In this document: piece after piece, positions 24,730 through 37,100 of the stretch | How the letters are laid out: every line of letters starts with the position of its first letter | How positions within the stretch are numbered: position 1 is the stretch's first letter | DNA from: Lama glama | Taxonomy: Eukaryota | Direction of reading: 5' to 3' | Assembly: GCA_028534125.1 (NCBI GenBank) | Contig: CM052820.1 | Span: 868,001-932,000 of the forward strand | Length of the DNA stretch: 64,000 nt | Position numbers and translations under genes: made by a program | The notes under the pieces: model-generated | What the model was told of the DNA's origin: nothing | What the model saw: only the letters and a program-made list of their open reading frames with translations | The model's database searches: none

Positions 24730-25320
24730 GATTGTCTATTATTGTGTTACAGATTGCCCCCAAAGTTAGTGACTTAATGCAGCAGGCACTTATTATGTCA
24801 GAGTTTCTGTGGGTCAAGAATGTGGCAGCGGGGGAGCGTATAGCTCAGCGGTAGAGCACATGCTTAGCATACACGAGGTCCTGGGTTCAGTCTGCAGTAC
24901 CCCATTTAAATAAATAAATAAATAAATAAAATAAATAAGAATGTGGCAGCGACTCTGGTGGTTCTGGCTCAGGGTCTCTTGAAAATTGCAGTCCAGATGT
25001 CATCTGGACTGAAGTCATCTGGAGGCCGGCTGGGGCTGGAGGGTCAAGCTCAAGGAGGCTCCGCTCCTCGTCCCGTGGACCTCCATGGAGCTGCTCGAGT
25101 GTCCTCCCAGCATGGCAGCTGGTTCCTCCCAGCGCGGGTAATGCAAGCGAAGAGGAAGATGGAAGCTGCAGTGTGTCTACACCCACCTCAGCTCCCTGGT
25201 TTCTGTAACCTTCCGTTTAGGCAAGTGAGTGACGAAGTCCAGCCCATGTGCAGGGGCGGGGCATTCCGCCCCTGTGAAGGGAGGCGAATCAGGGTTCGTA
25301 GACTTGTGTTAAGACCCTCC
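24730..25320 (-). mobile_element. MLT1-type MaLR LTR
   Basis: ttctgtgggtcaagaa...ggttctggctcagggtctct...catggcagctggttcc pattern. Confidence 0.7.
24831..24936 (+). mobile_element. Camelid Vic-type SINE with a perfect 15-bp TSD
   Basis: tRNA-Ala-like head, (AAAT)n tail; TSD aagaatgtggcagcg at 24816-24830 and 24937-24951. Confidence 0.93.
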
Positions 25321-28099
25321 AGGGCGGGCCGGTGCAGGGCTCCCGTGTGGTCCAGCGGTGGGAAAGCGGCGAGGTTTTAGGAGGGGGCAGGCAGCACGTT
25401 TGCACTTTACAACATCACTCGCAGTGCAGCGGGCTCAGAAGTAGGTCCTTCAGCTGGGGCTGAGTGAGTTGGCCCAGAGGCCCGGATTTGGGCCAGGAGT
25501 GGAGGAAAATACTGAGTGCCTTTGAAGGCACTTGATAACTCCTCACGTGAGTCAGAGACGGCAGGTGCCGCAGGCCAGGGAGCCAGGCGAGACAGCGGGA
25601 GGCCCATGGAGTTGGAAGGACTGGCCTTGGGTCCTCAGGGACTGGAGGAGAAGGACCCGATTTGGGAAGAATGCCTTGAGCGGAGGACCTGGGTTAGACA
25701 TGCTCTCAGTTATACTGACAGGTCTGAATCCAAGGCAGTTTCAGGCCCACAAAACAGTGCAGGCCCTATGCCCCGCCCCCGGGGCCAGTGTCCTGGGCCT
25801 GCAGGCAGTCGGGTGCCTGTCCCTCTGAGTAAGGCCTTCAGTTGGGATTCTCCTCATGAGAGGACAGGACAGGTGGGAGGTCCCCAACTCGGCAAGGCCC
25901 TGGGCCTGCGGACCCAGCCTCCGTCACGCACACCCCAGGGCTAACTGCCCTGGGAGCGTCGAGAGATGGTGGGAGCCCAGGTACCCACCCCAGTGGGGCC
26001 AGGAGGCGTGGAGAGCAGGAGCCTGGGCCCAGAGCCAGGAGCACCCTGAAGTCACCTGGTCAAGAACTGCTGGAAACCTGGCCCCGCTGGACAGGTGTAA
26101 CCAGGGGGCTCCCTGGGCCCCCGTCTCCAACTACAGCTCCCATGCTGCAGAGGGCCCAGGGCGGTCTGAGGATGAGACAAGACTGTGGTGGGCCTGGGCC
26201 CAGGGGACAGCCATTGAGGGCCACCAATGTGGACTGCTCCTCCGTGGGGTGGTTACAGCGGGACGGAGTGGGAGTGGGTTTTGGAAGCTTGGGTCTCTTT
26301 CCTGCCCCTGCCTCGAGGCTCCAGCTGAAGGTAACTTGCCAGGCAGGGCTGGAACAAAGCCATCTCTGTCCTTCCTGCAACCCAAGGTCAGCTCTCCAAC
26401 AGAAGAGAGGCGGGTCCCACCCCTAAGGGCTCAAAGGGTCAAACTCGTTTGAAAGTGAGGAGACGCAGAGCTTGTATGACCCTCACAGAGCCCAGAGGTG
26501 GGTGCTGCCGCTGCCCTGTTTCACAGCAAAGAACTTGGGCTTCAAAGGGAGGAGGTGGCAGCCCGGGACCCTGGGCTGTAGGTGGGACGGAGCCAGCGCT
26601 CTGAAACCATGCAGACCGAGTTCACCGCGTGCTCGCAGGGGACTGGGCTCTTTGGAAAGCTGATCTTTTAGATGAAGTTTTTTTTTAAGCCTCATTATAC
26701 AAAACAACGCATGTTCCTCACAGGAGCTCTGCCCCTGCCCGCTGCTCCTCAGTCGTCGGGCGTTAGACTTTGTTGCAAGCACGACGCAGGCCGCTGCACC
26801 CCCAACTTCAGTCTCCTGGTGACGCGGGGTATTCTCTGCCCTGTGGGGTCACATTCACTTCAGATTGTGGAAACTCTTCCTCTGCTTGCTCATTCGTTTT
26901 TGAACAAGGGAGGTTTGTCCAGGCCTGGCTGGGTGGGCGGCGGCGATCTTCATGCCCTGCCCGTGGCCGTCAGCCCCACTCAGACGCTGGGCCGGGACCA
27001 GGGGTCATCGCCCTGCTCCGGGCTTCATCCTCCCAAGGCCTGGCCAGTGGTTATTCAGAGAGAAAGTGGGAAAACAAACAAAGGTTAAGAGCTGACGTCG
27101 GACTCCTGTCAGTGAAAGGCCGGTCTGCGTTAGGGAACACCCCTGGCTGGGTGTGCGGCTTAGGTAGGGCGCCCAGGGCGGGGCGGCCCCCGGGTGGCTC
27201 CGCCTGGCTGCGGAGGTCTGATGCTGGGGGGTGGAGCGGGAGGCAGTGGCTAAGGAAAGGAGGCCGGGGTCCCAGCCGCGCTGACAGCGAGGATCAGTTG
27301 GTGTGTCTTTGCCTGGCGCTGTCTCCGCGACCCCGGGCGCAGGGAGCTCTGCGGCGTGGCCTCCCCCCTCTGCTCTGCCTTCGTGCGTCCCTCTGCCGAC
27401 CCCAGGAGCGCCTCTAATGTTCCAGCTCACAAGCCCCGTCTTCCTTGTGACCATGCTTCTCAGCTTTCGTTTTTAATAATTGTCCCTTAAAAAAATTTCC
27501 AAGGCCTCCAGTTCTTTTTCCTAACTCCCGGCTGTCTCAGTGCCTATTCCTGTCTGGCGGTTTATTTCACGCCCCCCCACCCCCACCCCATTATGGGGCT
27601 GTGATGTTAATCCTATGGTTGTGAAGTCCTCTTGATCGCTCTGCCAGCTCTGTTCCTCGGGGGCCAGTTTGGGCTGGGGAGTGTGGTGACCTCTTGCCCA
27701 TGGTCAGTGCCCTCCTAGGTGGGTGCTTGGTTGAGTCTTGTCTTTAGATCTGAAGTTCCCCCCAAAGCATTTGGCCTAGGAGAGGGGGACGGCGGGGGAG
27801 AGAAGCACCCCCAGGACAAGTCTGGGCTGCGCAGGACACAGCCTGAGGGGCTCAGACACCCCGGCCTGGACTCCAGAGAGGCTCCGTGCAGCGTGGGGCT
27901 CTCCGTGCACAACCTGCCTTCCTCACACCCTTCCTCACCCTCAGCTCTCCAACACGGCATCCCTCCTCACGGCCCCGCCTTCCTTGGCCCCAGATCTGAT
28001 GCTCACAGCCACTTCCATCCCCATTCTGGGCATCACCCCCTTGGCTCCATGACACTGCTCTCCTGCCTGCCTGGCTACTCCCTTCTCTGTCCCCAGAAC

Positions 28100-28440
28100 G
28101 CAGCTGTCTCCCAGCATTCTGCCTTCAGACCTTATGGTGGTCATCACGGTCATTTGTGAACCCCCAGCTCCGTGCACGTGGCAGGAGGGGCCGTGTGGGG
28201 CCCCCGGCACGTCTGATTGCTGGTGTGAGCCCCTTCTCAGCTCTCCTTTATCCTGGGGAAGGCACGTGGGATGTTTGCGACCTCCTCTCCTCCGTCAGGG
28301 GTCCCTGAAGAACCACGGTGACTGGAACCCCCACCCTGCCCGCCTGAAGTTGACACGTGGCACAAGTGAGAAATAACCCTTTGTTGTTCAAAACGTCGGC
28401 GTTTTAGGGCCGTTCGCTGCCGGAGCGTGGTCAGCCCTGG
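28100..28440 (+). mobile_element. MLT1-like LTR 3' part
   Basis: gtgagaaataaccctttgttgttcaaaac...ttttagggcc resembles an MLT1 terminus. Confidence 0.5.
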
Positions 28441-30199
28441 GAGAGGCTCGGGGCTGGCCATGGCCCACCACGGAAGCTGGAATGCTGGCAGCTGTTACGC
28501 AGCGGCGAAACATTTGGTAAAACTCAACTGTGATGACTCACGAGGCAAGTGATGTCCAAAATAACTCGCAGGTCTGGGGGAAGAGGTTGGGAAACACTGG
28601 CAGCATGTATTATCACAGGCTGTGTCTGGCAAGATACCCAAGGGGGAGAGAGGCTGAAAGCCATTCCGGGTTTGCAAGCTAGAAGGAGTCAAGAAAGGCA
28701 GAGACGCAGGGACTCGCAGGGTCGAGAGGCCTCCCGCTCATCCGAGGGCAGGTCAGAGCCAGGACAGGCCGAGGAGATGGGCGCCACCCTCGCTGTGACA
28801 GTAGAGGGCTGCTTCTGAGCTTTGCAAAGTCGGGAGAGCGGCAGGCGGGGTGGCGCCGGGCCGGTGGGGAGCGAAGCGCATCTCAGCAGCACCGCAGGCC
28901 TTGGGGGCTGGAGTCAAGGGCTGGGGAGACTACGGTGCTTTTGAGTTGAACTACCCAAGGAACTAAGGGCCTGGGACGGAGAGGTTGGTGCCTAGAGACT
29001 TGAGAGTGGCTTTGGCGGGGAGGAGGCTGAGAAGACAGGAAGAGGACAGACCCTTCCAAGGGCAGCGCCAAGGGCCACAGAGGACCCTGCGCTGGGGGAC
29101 CCGTGTCCCTCCTTCCACAGGGACGCTGCTGCTGTGGCCCCACCCCGCTCCCTGCGGGGTAGGTGTATGGCCCTCCACCTCACAAGTCTGTGGGTTGAGC
29201 AGAGCCCCACCCGGTCCTGGAGCAGGGATGCGCACAGACCCTCATTCACGGAGGCCACCCAGGGTCCTGTACCGTGCCTGGCCGGGACCAGGTCATCTTC
29301 TGGCCAGGGTGGGTGGTGGATCTTGACTGCAGGAAGGAGAGTCAGCAGGATATTTGGTGACCTGGGGGCTGGATGTGGCAGGGCCAGTGTGGCCGGCCCT
29401 GCCTGAACTGTTTCTCATTCTCCTGCATCCTGGCCCCTTGTGTAGGGTGGGCTCTGGGACTGGGTCTGGCCAGTTGGTCAGGTGACATGTCACTTTGGGA
29501 CCAGAGCACATAATCCTGGTGGGAGAGCTTGCAGTGCTGCCTGGCACAGAGACCCACGAACAGGTGTGTCAGCCTAATCCCGTGGGAGACCCCGACACGC
29601 TGAGCGGGACCCTGCCCTTGGCCCCAGTAGCCGCATCACTCCTGTGCCCACAGCACAGCCATGCTTCGTGGAGAGGCCCCCATGGGGTCCCCGCCCTGTT
29701 TCCTCGCCTGAACTCCCCCCGCGCCTGCAGCCACTACTGTGCCTGTGCTGGTGGACGTCTGCAGCCCCTCAGTCTCCATCTTCCAAGATCGCACTCACCT
29801 TTTCCTTTACTCCAGTTCGGGACAGGGGAGCACCACTGAGAAAGGCTTACAGCGAGGGTGGTGACAAGTGACCTCCATTATATTGGTGTGCTAGGTCCAG
29901 GAAAGGGGCATGGCAGAGGCCTGGCGAGGGGGTCGGGGAGGGTGGGGGCAGCCCGTGGCTGCTGCTCAGACCCCCGGGGCCGCAGGGCAGGATCTGGGGC
30001 CTGAGGGCAGAGCCAATGGTCAGGAGTGGCTGGGTGCTTAGGAAGGCCCGCAGCCCTATCCAGCATCTCCCTGCCTCTGGCCGGGAGCCTGTGTCTGAGG
30101 ACAGGGCTGACCAGCTCTAGACCCCGCCTCGCGGCAGCTGGGCACACATGAAGGAAGAGTTGGGACCAACAAGCTGGGAGGTAGTTTGCAGAGTGGAGG

Positions 30200-30205
30200 T
30201 TTAAT
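30200..30205 (-). terminator. RNPEPL1 proximal poly(A) signal ATTAAA
   Basis: tttaat on + strand, about 680 nt past the stop. Confidence 0.6.
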
Positions 30206-30883
30206 GGGACAATCATGGTGACCCCATTGCAGGGGCCCAGGTGGCCCAGCTCTAACCAGGGTCCCCAGGCCTCTGCCAGCAGGGTGGGCCTAAGAGCACC
30301 AGTACCACCTGCCCCCATCTGTGTTACTGCTGCTCTGGCCGCAGGCAGCCACAAGACAGACAGTCCTGTCCCACCCCGCCCGGGGGCCTGGGACCCCATG
30401 TTCCCTGAGGAGCTAAGGCTTTTGGGGGGGCCCCTCCCCAGGGACATCCACCCTCTCCTTAGTGTCCCCTGCCCCCACACTGAGGGCATGTCTATGTCCT
30501 TGTCCCTCTGCCAGGGCCAATGGAGACCACCAGCCCTCGGGGCGGGGTGCAGGGCTCTGCGGGGCGAGGCTCGCTATGGGGACAGCACAGCCAGGCCTCC
30601 CAGCAGACTTAAGGCACAGTGTGGCGGTGGCTGTCAACCCGGGGCAGCGTCTGGCAGTCAGTGTTGAGACAGGAGGGCGTGGCATGTGCTGGCCATTCTG
30701 GGGCCTGCAGTGCAAGAGAGCTGGGGGACTGGGTCCACTGGCCTCGGCTGGCCCCGGGCAGGTCCCTGGGAAAGCCCGCGAGTGGGGCGCGTGGGCCCGG
30801 GCAGAGCTCACGGCCAGAGCCGCGGCGCAGTCATGGCAGGCCCGGGCCACAGAAGGCACAATCGTGGTGTCTGGAGGTCACGG

Positions 30884-31171
30884 CTAGGCAGACACATTGA
30901 CGTCCCTGAGAGAGATGGCGCTGCTGGGGGCCTCGTCCCCAAGCAGCAGGGCTGGTGTGTCCGCATCCGCCTCTGAGTCCGCTCCGGCACTGCCCTGCTC
31001 CACGCTGGGCTCGACACTGGGGCCCAGGCCCTGGGACAGGATCTGCTGGATGGTCCTGCGCAGGTTAGGGTGCAGCCGGCCCTGCGTCTGGTAGAAGACC
31101 TCCAGGGCGAAGGACTTGAGGGCGCCGGTGCACAGGTCCTCATACAGCGGGATGGTGTACATGCGGGACAT
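30884..31171 (-). CDS. RNPEPL1: RNPEPL1 exon 11 (terminal coding part)
   Basis: [13 protein letters not shown]...DVNVSA*TAG; 288 nt. Confidence 0.95.
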   Translation of the reverse strand: MSRMYTIPLYEDLCTGALKSFALEVFYQTQGRLHPNLRRTIQQILSQGLGPSVEPSVEQGSAGADSEADADTPALLLGDEAPSSAISLRDVNVSA

Positions 31172-34100
31172 CTGCGGGGGGAGGGGGCGGGGTGCAGGGC
31201 ACTCAGGAGAATTGGCCGCCCCCACACGGCCACAGCGGGACCCCCTCTGCCCTCACCCCGTCACTCACAGGCCTTCTACAGAGGCCCCGTCTCCAGGGAG
31301 CTTGGGCTGAGGGTGCTGACAGGGGACAGGTGGGGGAGTGGGGAGGCCAGGGCCCCTGTGGGACCACCGGGACCTCTGAGGAGCTCAGATGCCCCGGTGT
31401 CCAGGCCCGGTCTCTGCTCCCAGCTTGGCCCCTCCGGGCACAGCCTCCCAGGGTCTGGCGGTGTCTGGTCTCTTCCCCCCACTGCCACCTTAGATTGCGC
31501 GTCTTCCCCGCACCATTCTCTGGGGTGCCCAGCCTGAACGGTCAGACCAGGGGGCCGTGGGGGGCGCAGCGGCTGGGGGAGGAGGCCCGTGAGGGCAGTC
31601 GCACCTGGCTCTCGAGGAAGCGCCGGACCCTGTGGAGGTCGGGGTAGTAGTCGTTCCGGACCACGATCTGCAGCCAGCGGATGCGGATCTCGGCATTCAT
31701 GGAGTCCAGCAGGGAGGAGTAGCAGTTGGACAGGCTCATCACCACCTCTGCGGGGCGGCAGGCAGGTCAGGGCCCTGCAGGCGCACCCCTCCCCAGCCAC
31801 CTGGGCAGCTGAGGGACTCACCCTGGGGCAGCGGGGACCCATCCAGGAGCCGGTCCAGGAAGAGTGCAGTCTGGAAGGTCCTCCACTTGGAGATGTCGAT
31901 GGTGCTGGCAGAGGCAGCCGCCTGGTCCAGGGGCTCCGCAGTCCACAGCTGGAAGAGGGCCTCCACCGGCCGGGTCAGGCTAGACCCCTGAGACAGGTCC
32001 GGCTCAGCCAGCGGGGGGCCCGTGGCATTAAGCCAGCGCTCGAACTCCAGCCCTGCAGGGGACACGAGATCCTAGGGCCTCCTCCTGGGCTGGGGAGTGG
32101 CTGCCTGAGCAGGCCTGTCCAGGAGACTCCTGACCCTGAGGGTGTTCCTGGGTGTGACCATCCCAGGGCCTGGCAGCCCCAAGAGTGGGGAAGTTTGGGG
32201 AGGCCGGGGTCAGCTCCAGCCCCTGCCCTGCAGGCCACTGGAGTGGCTTTTGTGAAGGGGCACAGGGAGGCAGAAGGCTTGGGTTGGTGACTGAGGGACC
32301 TCCACCCCTCCAGGTCTCTCCTGAGTGGAAGACAATGAGGCACTTTAACCCCGTAGCAGGGAGATCGGAGGGAGGCACTGCACGGTGACAGGGTGGGTGG
32401 CAACGCACTGGTAAAGGGGTGTTCCTGCTCTAAAGCCCAAGAGGTGGCTGCCGAGGGGACACGTTCTACCCACCCGCTAAACCCCAGAATCCTTAGCGTG
32501 CCTACCGCCCCTTTTGAAGCACAGGGCCCCCACGCCCAGACCTCCCAGCCATACCTCACCGCCTTCTAGCAAACCCTGGCCTCTCCCTAGACAGCAGATC
32601 CCTTCTGTTTCTTCTTTGGCCCCCAAGCCCTCGGACCCCGAGAGACACCCTCACGAGCGTCATGCAAGCAGGCCAGCTGGCTTCAGCCAGCTCTGAGACA
32701 AACCTCCCTCTGCCCTGCAGATCCTGCCCCAGGCCCTTTGCACACACTTTCCATGGCTCTCTTTCTGGGACTGCCTAATCAAGTCTGCCTGGCTTAAGTG
32801 CCACCTCCTCTGGGAAGCCCCCAGGGCCCCATCAGGCTGGGAAGCACACTCTCCTCTCTACTCCTATGGTGTCCAGCCTAGTGAGGGTTGGCTGCAGGAA
32901 GGATGGGTAAACCCAAGGGGCTCTCCTCCAGGCAGAGGTGGCATCGTGTGAGGGAGAGCCCCACACCCATCCTGGCAGGCCGTGGGCTCGCTGCGTGAGG
33001 ACATGNNNNNNNNNNNNNNNNNNNNNNNNNNNNNNNNNNNNNNNNNNNNNNNNNNNNNNNNNNNNNNNNNNNNNNNNNNNNNNNNNNNNNNNNNNNNNNN
33101 NNNNNNNNNNNNNNNNNNNNNNNNNNNNNNNNNNNNNCATGGGCAGGGGCAGGGCTCAGCAGGCCTGGGAGCTGGGCACATACCGCCGCACCCTCAGAGC
33201 TGGGGCCTGCACAGCATGGCCGGCTAGAAGAGGCCCCGCCCCGAGGGGTCTGCACAGAGGGGTGTGCAAGCCCAGGGTGGGTGCAGAGACACCACTGCTG
33301 CCTCACTGGCCCGCCAAGCGGCCACGCGTGGGAGGGTGGGAAAGACAGGAGGCAGCACCCAGGCACTGCCCCTGAGAGAGGCGGGCAGGTCCCAGCTCCA
33401 CCCACAGCCCCGCCCCCACCCCGCCCCCGCCCCCACCGCGCCCTGGGGAGAAGGGCACAGCCCCGGGGGCGAGGCGGGTGTGGATGGGCGGGTGTGGATG
33501 GGGTAGGAGAGGCGGGGCCTGTCCCGGGAGGGGCTGCTCACTCGGAGGAAGTCGTCGAAGCGCTGGGGGTCCCCGCAGAGCTGGGACAGGTAGTACACGA
33601 AGCAGTAGCCCTTCTCGTAGGTGAACAGGTTCATCAGGTGGCTAGGGTTCACCCCTGCAAGGGGAACACCCTGGGCTCTGGGCGGTGCCCTGACCCTCCT
33701 GTGTCCCAAGGGATGGCGGCCAGGGGTCAGGGGCTGTGCAGGGGGAAGAGCTGAGGGCCACCTTCCCTCACGTCTGGATGCCCTGGGGGTGCAGTGATTG
33801 GGCCTGCTTGTCCCGGGGGGGGGGCCTTGGGGGAGACCGAGGGTCCACACACCACAGTGATGGGTGCTCAGAGCCTGTGAGAGGTGGTGGCGGGCTGAGG
33901 GAGCCTAGGGAAGGCCTTCCTGGGGCTGGGAGGGCCTGACCTGGCCTTTGCAGGGATGCCATGCTGGAAGACAGGGACACCCAGCCAGAGGAAGCAAGCG
34001 GTAGGCAAGAAGGCCCTGCAGGTGGCGTCTGCAGGCCTAGGCCAGGTCCTGGTGGGAGTAGGCACCTGGCTCCAGCTTGACCTGCAGCTTGCTGACCGGG

Positions 34101-37100
34101 CTGTCCTCTCCGAGAAGCTTCATCTGCCTGTGCAGGGCATCCAGGCGGAAGGCTGTCTCCAGACAGGTGAAGGCAGCACCTGCACGGGGGCAGGGAGGTG
34201 GGGGGGGCGGGAGGCCAGCCTGAGCGCCTGGGGCAGGTGTGGCTGCTCCCTGCCCTGAGCCTTGTGGCTGGACACGCAGGGCAGCGGGGCCACACCCTGG
34301 GACCAGGCTGGGCTCTCAGCCCCTTGTGTGGTGCCCAGGACAGCCCTGGTGGCGCCAGCCGGCACGAGGCCATGGTGGCGCCACCCCCACCCCTCCCCAG
34401 CCCAGTACCATAGGTCTCCGTGGTGATGCGGCGCTGGGCGTAGGTGGCCAGGCCTTCGCTCAGCCACATCTCCTCCCACGTGGCGTTGGTGACGGCGTTG
34501 CCAAACCAGCTGTGGGCCACCTCATGGATGACGTCAATGACCAGGAACTCGTCACTCTCCAGGATGGAGGAGATGATGAAGGTGAGGCAGGGGTTCTCCA
34601 TGGCCACGATGGGGAAGGAGGGGGGCAAGAAGACGATGTCATACCTGCCCGGGGATGGGGAGCACGGGTGACCGTTAAGACAGCTGGGGCCTGGGCAGCG
34701 AGCATCACTTCCCCCGCCAGGCGTCAGACGAGGCCCCCATCGTGGAGCCCGCTGTTCCCTGGGAGTCCTCGGACCCCTCCTGCAGCCAGCCAGGGCTCCC
34801 AGGCGCCCCCGAACGTACCTGCCCCACATGTATGGCCCGTACAGACGCTCGGCGGCACTCAGCCACTGCTCCACCGCGCCTGACAGCTTGCTAGTGGCCG
34901 TGGGCAGGAGGCATGGCTCGGCCCACACACGGCTCCTGTCACAGGGGAGAGGGTGGGCCGGGGCCAACTAGCCCCCGCCCTGCTTACCCCACCAGGCCTT
35001 CCCTCTGGGCTTCTGGGCTGAAATAACACCTGCACCTAGTCTGGCCCGCTGCTTGCCGCCCACCACCCCACCTCACTCACTGCCACCATGCAGCCCCTTC
35101 CCACAGCCAGGGCCAGGCCACACGCCGAGGGACTACTGGCTCCTTCTGTCTCTGAGTTGACAGAGCCCACACAAGAGTGAGGGTGTGTCAGGCTGCAGCA
35201 TGGCCTTGCAGGAGGACCAGGTTGGGGAGGGTGCTGGTGAGGCCGGGAGCCTGGCCTCCAGGCCAGGGGGTACAGGGGAGTGAGAGGAGCCTGGCAGGGA
35301 TGGCCCTGGGCAGTGGCAGTAAGGCAGGGCAGAGCTGGCCCCACAGCGTGCCAGCAACACGGCAGCCGCTGCGCAGGTCGGACACCCAGTCCACGGCAGG
35401 ATCACCCCGAGGCCTAGACCCCGGGTGGCGGGAGCAGCTGGGGGAAGCAAGAGGCAGCCCTACCTGGGCCCGATGTCTGCTGGCTGGAGGTCCCCGGCCA
35501 CGAGGGCCACGAGGTAGGCAGGCACAGGGTGCTCCATGTGGAAGCGGTAGACGCCCTCCTCCTCCACATAGGTGCTCTGGGTGGCACTCATCAGCACTTG
35601 CACCCCCGACGGGGCCTGTGTTCGAGGAGGCCCCACCCATCAGGGCACCCCTGCCCGTGATGGGGAACCCTGTGCGCCCTGTCAGGCCACCCCTCGTCCC
35701 CAGTCAGAAAGCCCCACACCCACGTCCCCGACGGGAAGCCCTACAACCTGGGCCAGGCAGTTATGCTGTCAGGGACCCCCTCATCCCCATCAGGGACCCC
35801 CACGCTCTTTGGGGAGCCCCGAGCTCCTGGTCTGCACACCTCCTGCCCAAGCCGGGGGTAGAAGTGGGGCGGGGGTGCTGCCACGCTCAGGCCAGGGACC
35901 CAGCAGCTCTGACCGAGCCTCCTTTCCTTGGGGTCCTGGGGCCCATCCTGGGTCTCGGACTCCAACCCTATCAGCGAGGGTGGGCTCCCAGGACGGCGGT
36001 CCCAGTGGCAGGAAGTGAGGAGGAGGGCTGCCGGTGGGCACCGACCTTTACGACAGCTGAGTAGGTGCACTTGACGGCGGGCGTGTCGAAGCAAGGGAAG
36101 AAGGAGCGGTTGCAGACGGAGTGGCCCTGGGTGAAGACGAAGGGCTTGGCGCTGCCGTAGGTCAGCTCCGGGTCCAGCCACCAGATCTGCAGCGGGTGGG
36201 GGTGGGCGTCACCCACGGCCCCGGGCTCTGGCAGTCACACCCTCCCCGACACAGTGGGCCAAGGCCTTGTGGAGACCACAGCTGCTGGCGGGCGGCCCTC
36301 CTCGTCCCAGTGAGGCGGGGGCACCTGAGGACCGGGGGGACTTGGGACCCTGTCCCACAGAGAGTGGCACGTGGGGATGCCAGGATACGCCTGCCAGCCT
36401 GGCCTTCATTCCTGACAGCTGGGCAGAGTTCCCCTAGAGGGCAAGGCCGTAGGAAGCAGCCCCAACCCCACTGTCCAGGCTTCCAGGCCCGGAGCTGCTG
36501 GGGGCAGCAGCTGGAGAGGAAGGGAGTGAGGGTCCAGAGGGGCTGTGCCGACTGGGGCTCATCCAGGGCCAACAGCAGCCCCTGGGCAGGCAGGCCAGTC
36601 TTCCTCCAGACAGGAGGCCGTCTCCCAGCCTGTGCCCCTCATCCGCTTCCCAGGGGAAATCGAGACATAGTCAGAGCACCCGAGTCCCAGTTCTCCCAGG
36701 CCTCAGCCAGGAAGGGTGCTGGGAGGAGGGGTCAGAGGACTCCCAAGTTGCAGCGGAGCCCATGGTGGGGGTGCTTGTCTGACCTCACTGCAGCCAGCCA
36801 GCGTCCCCAGGTGCTGGTGCTGCCAACCACCTCCATGGCTGCCGGACACTGTGGCCCTCTTGGCCAACCTCCCCTAGAGCCTGAGGCCAGGCCCGACCCC
36901 CACTAGGGAGCCCCTCCCCGTGCCCTCCTGCCCACCCTGGCCACCAGCTCTGCCTAGGACCACGCCTGCCACCTGGCCCACTGCCACTTCCACACACCAC
37001 TTTTCATCTCCGCCCAAGCTTTCTGGCATCTCCAGAAAGGTCAGCACAGAGCCTGGGAGGGGCTCCCCCAACCTGATTGCAGCTGTTTTTCGGGGTCCCG

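Noticed and set aside
24831-24905. tRNA-Ala-like sequences (also about 20407, 53550, 54965, 62780)
   Set aside because: A-rich tails, TSDs and broken stems show they are SINEs, not tRNA genes
33001-33141. CATG on both sides of the N-run, suggesting a restriction-defined dropout
   Set aside because: The other gaps lack this flank; likely chance
32053-33541. Apparent loss of RNPEPL1 exon 8 (pseudogenisation)
   Set aside because: A 132-N gap of suitable size and position explains it, and all other exons are intact
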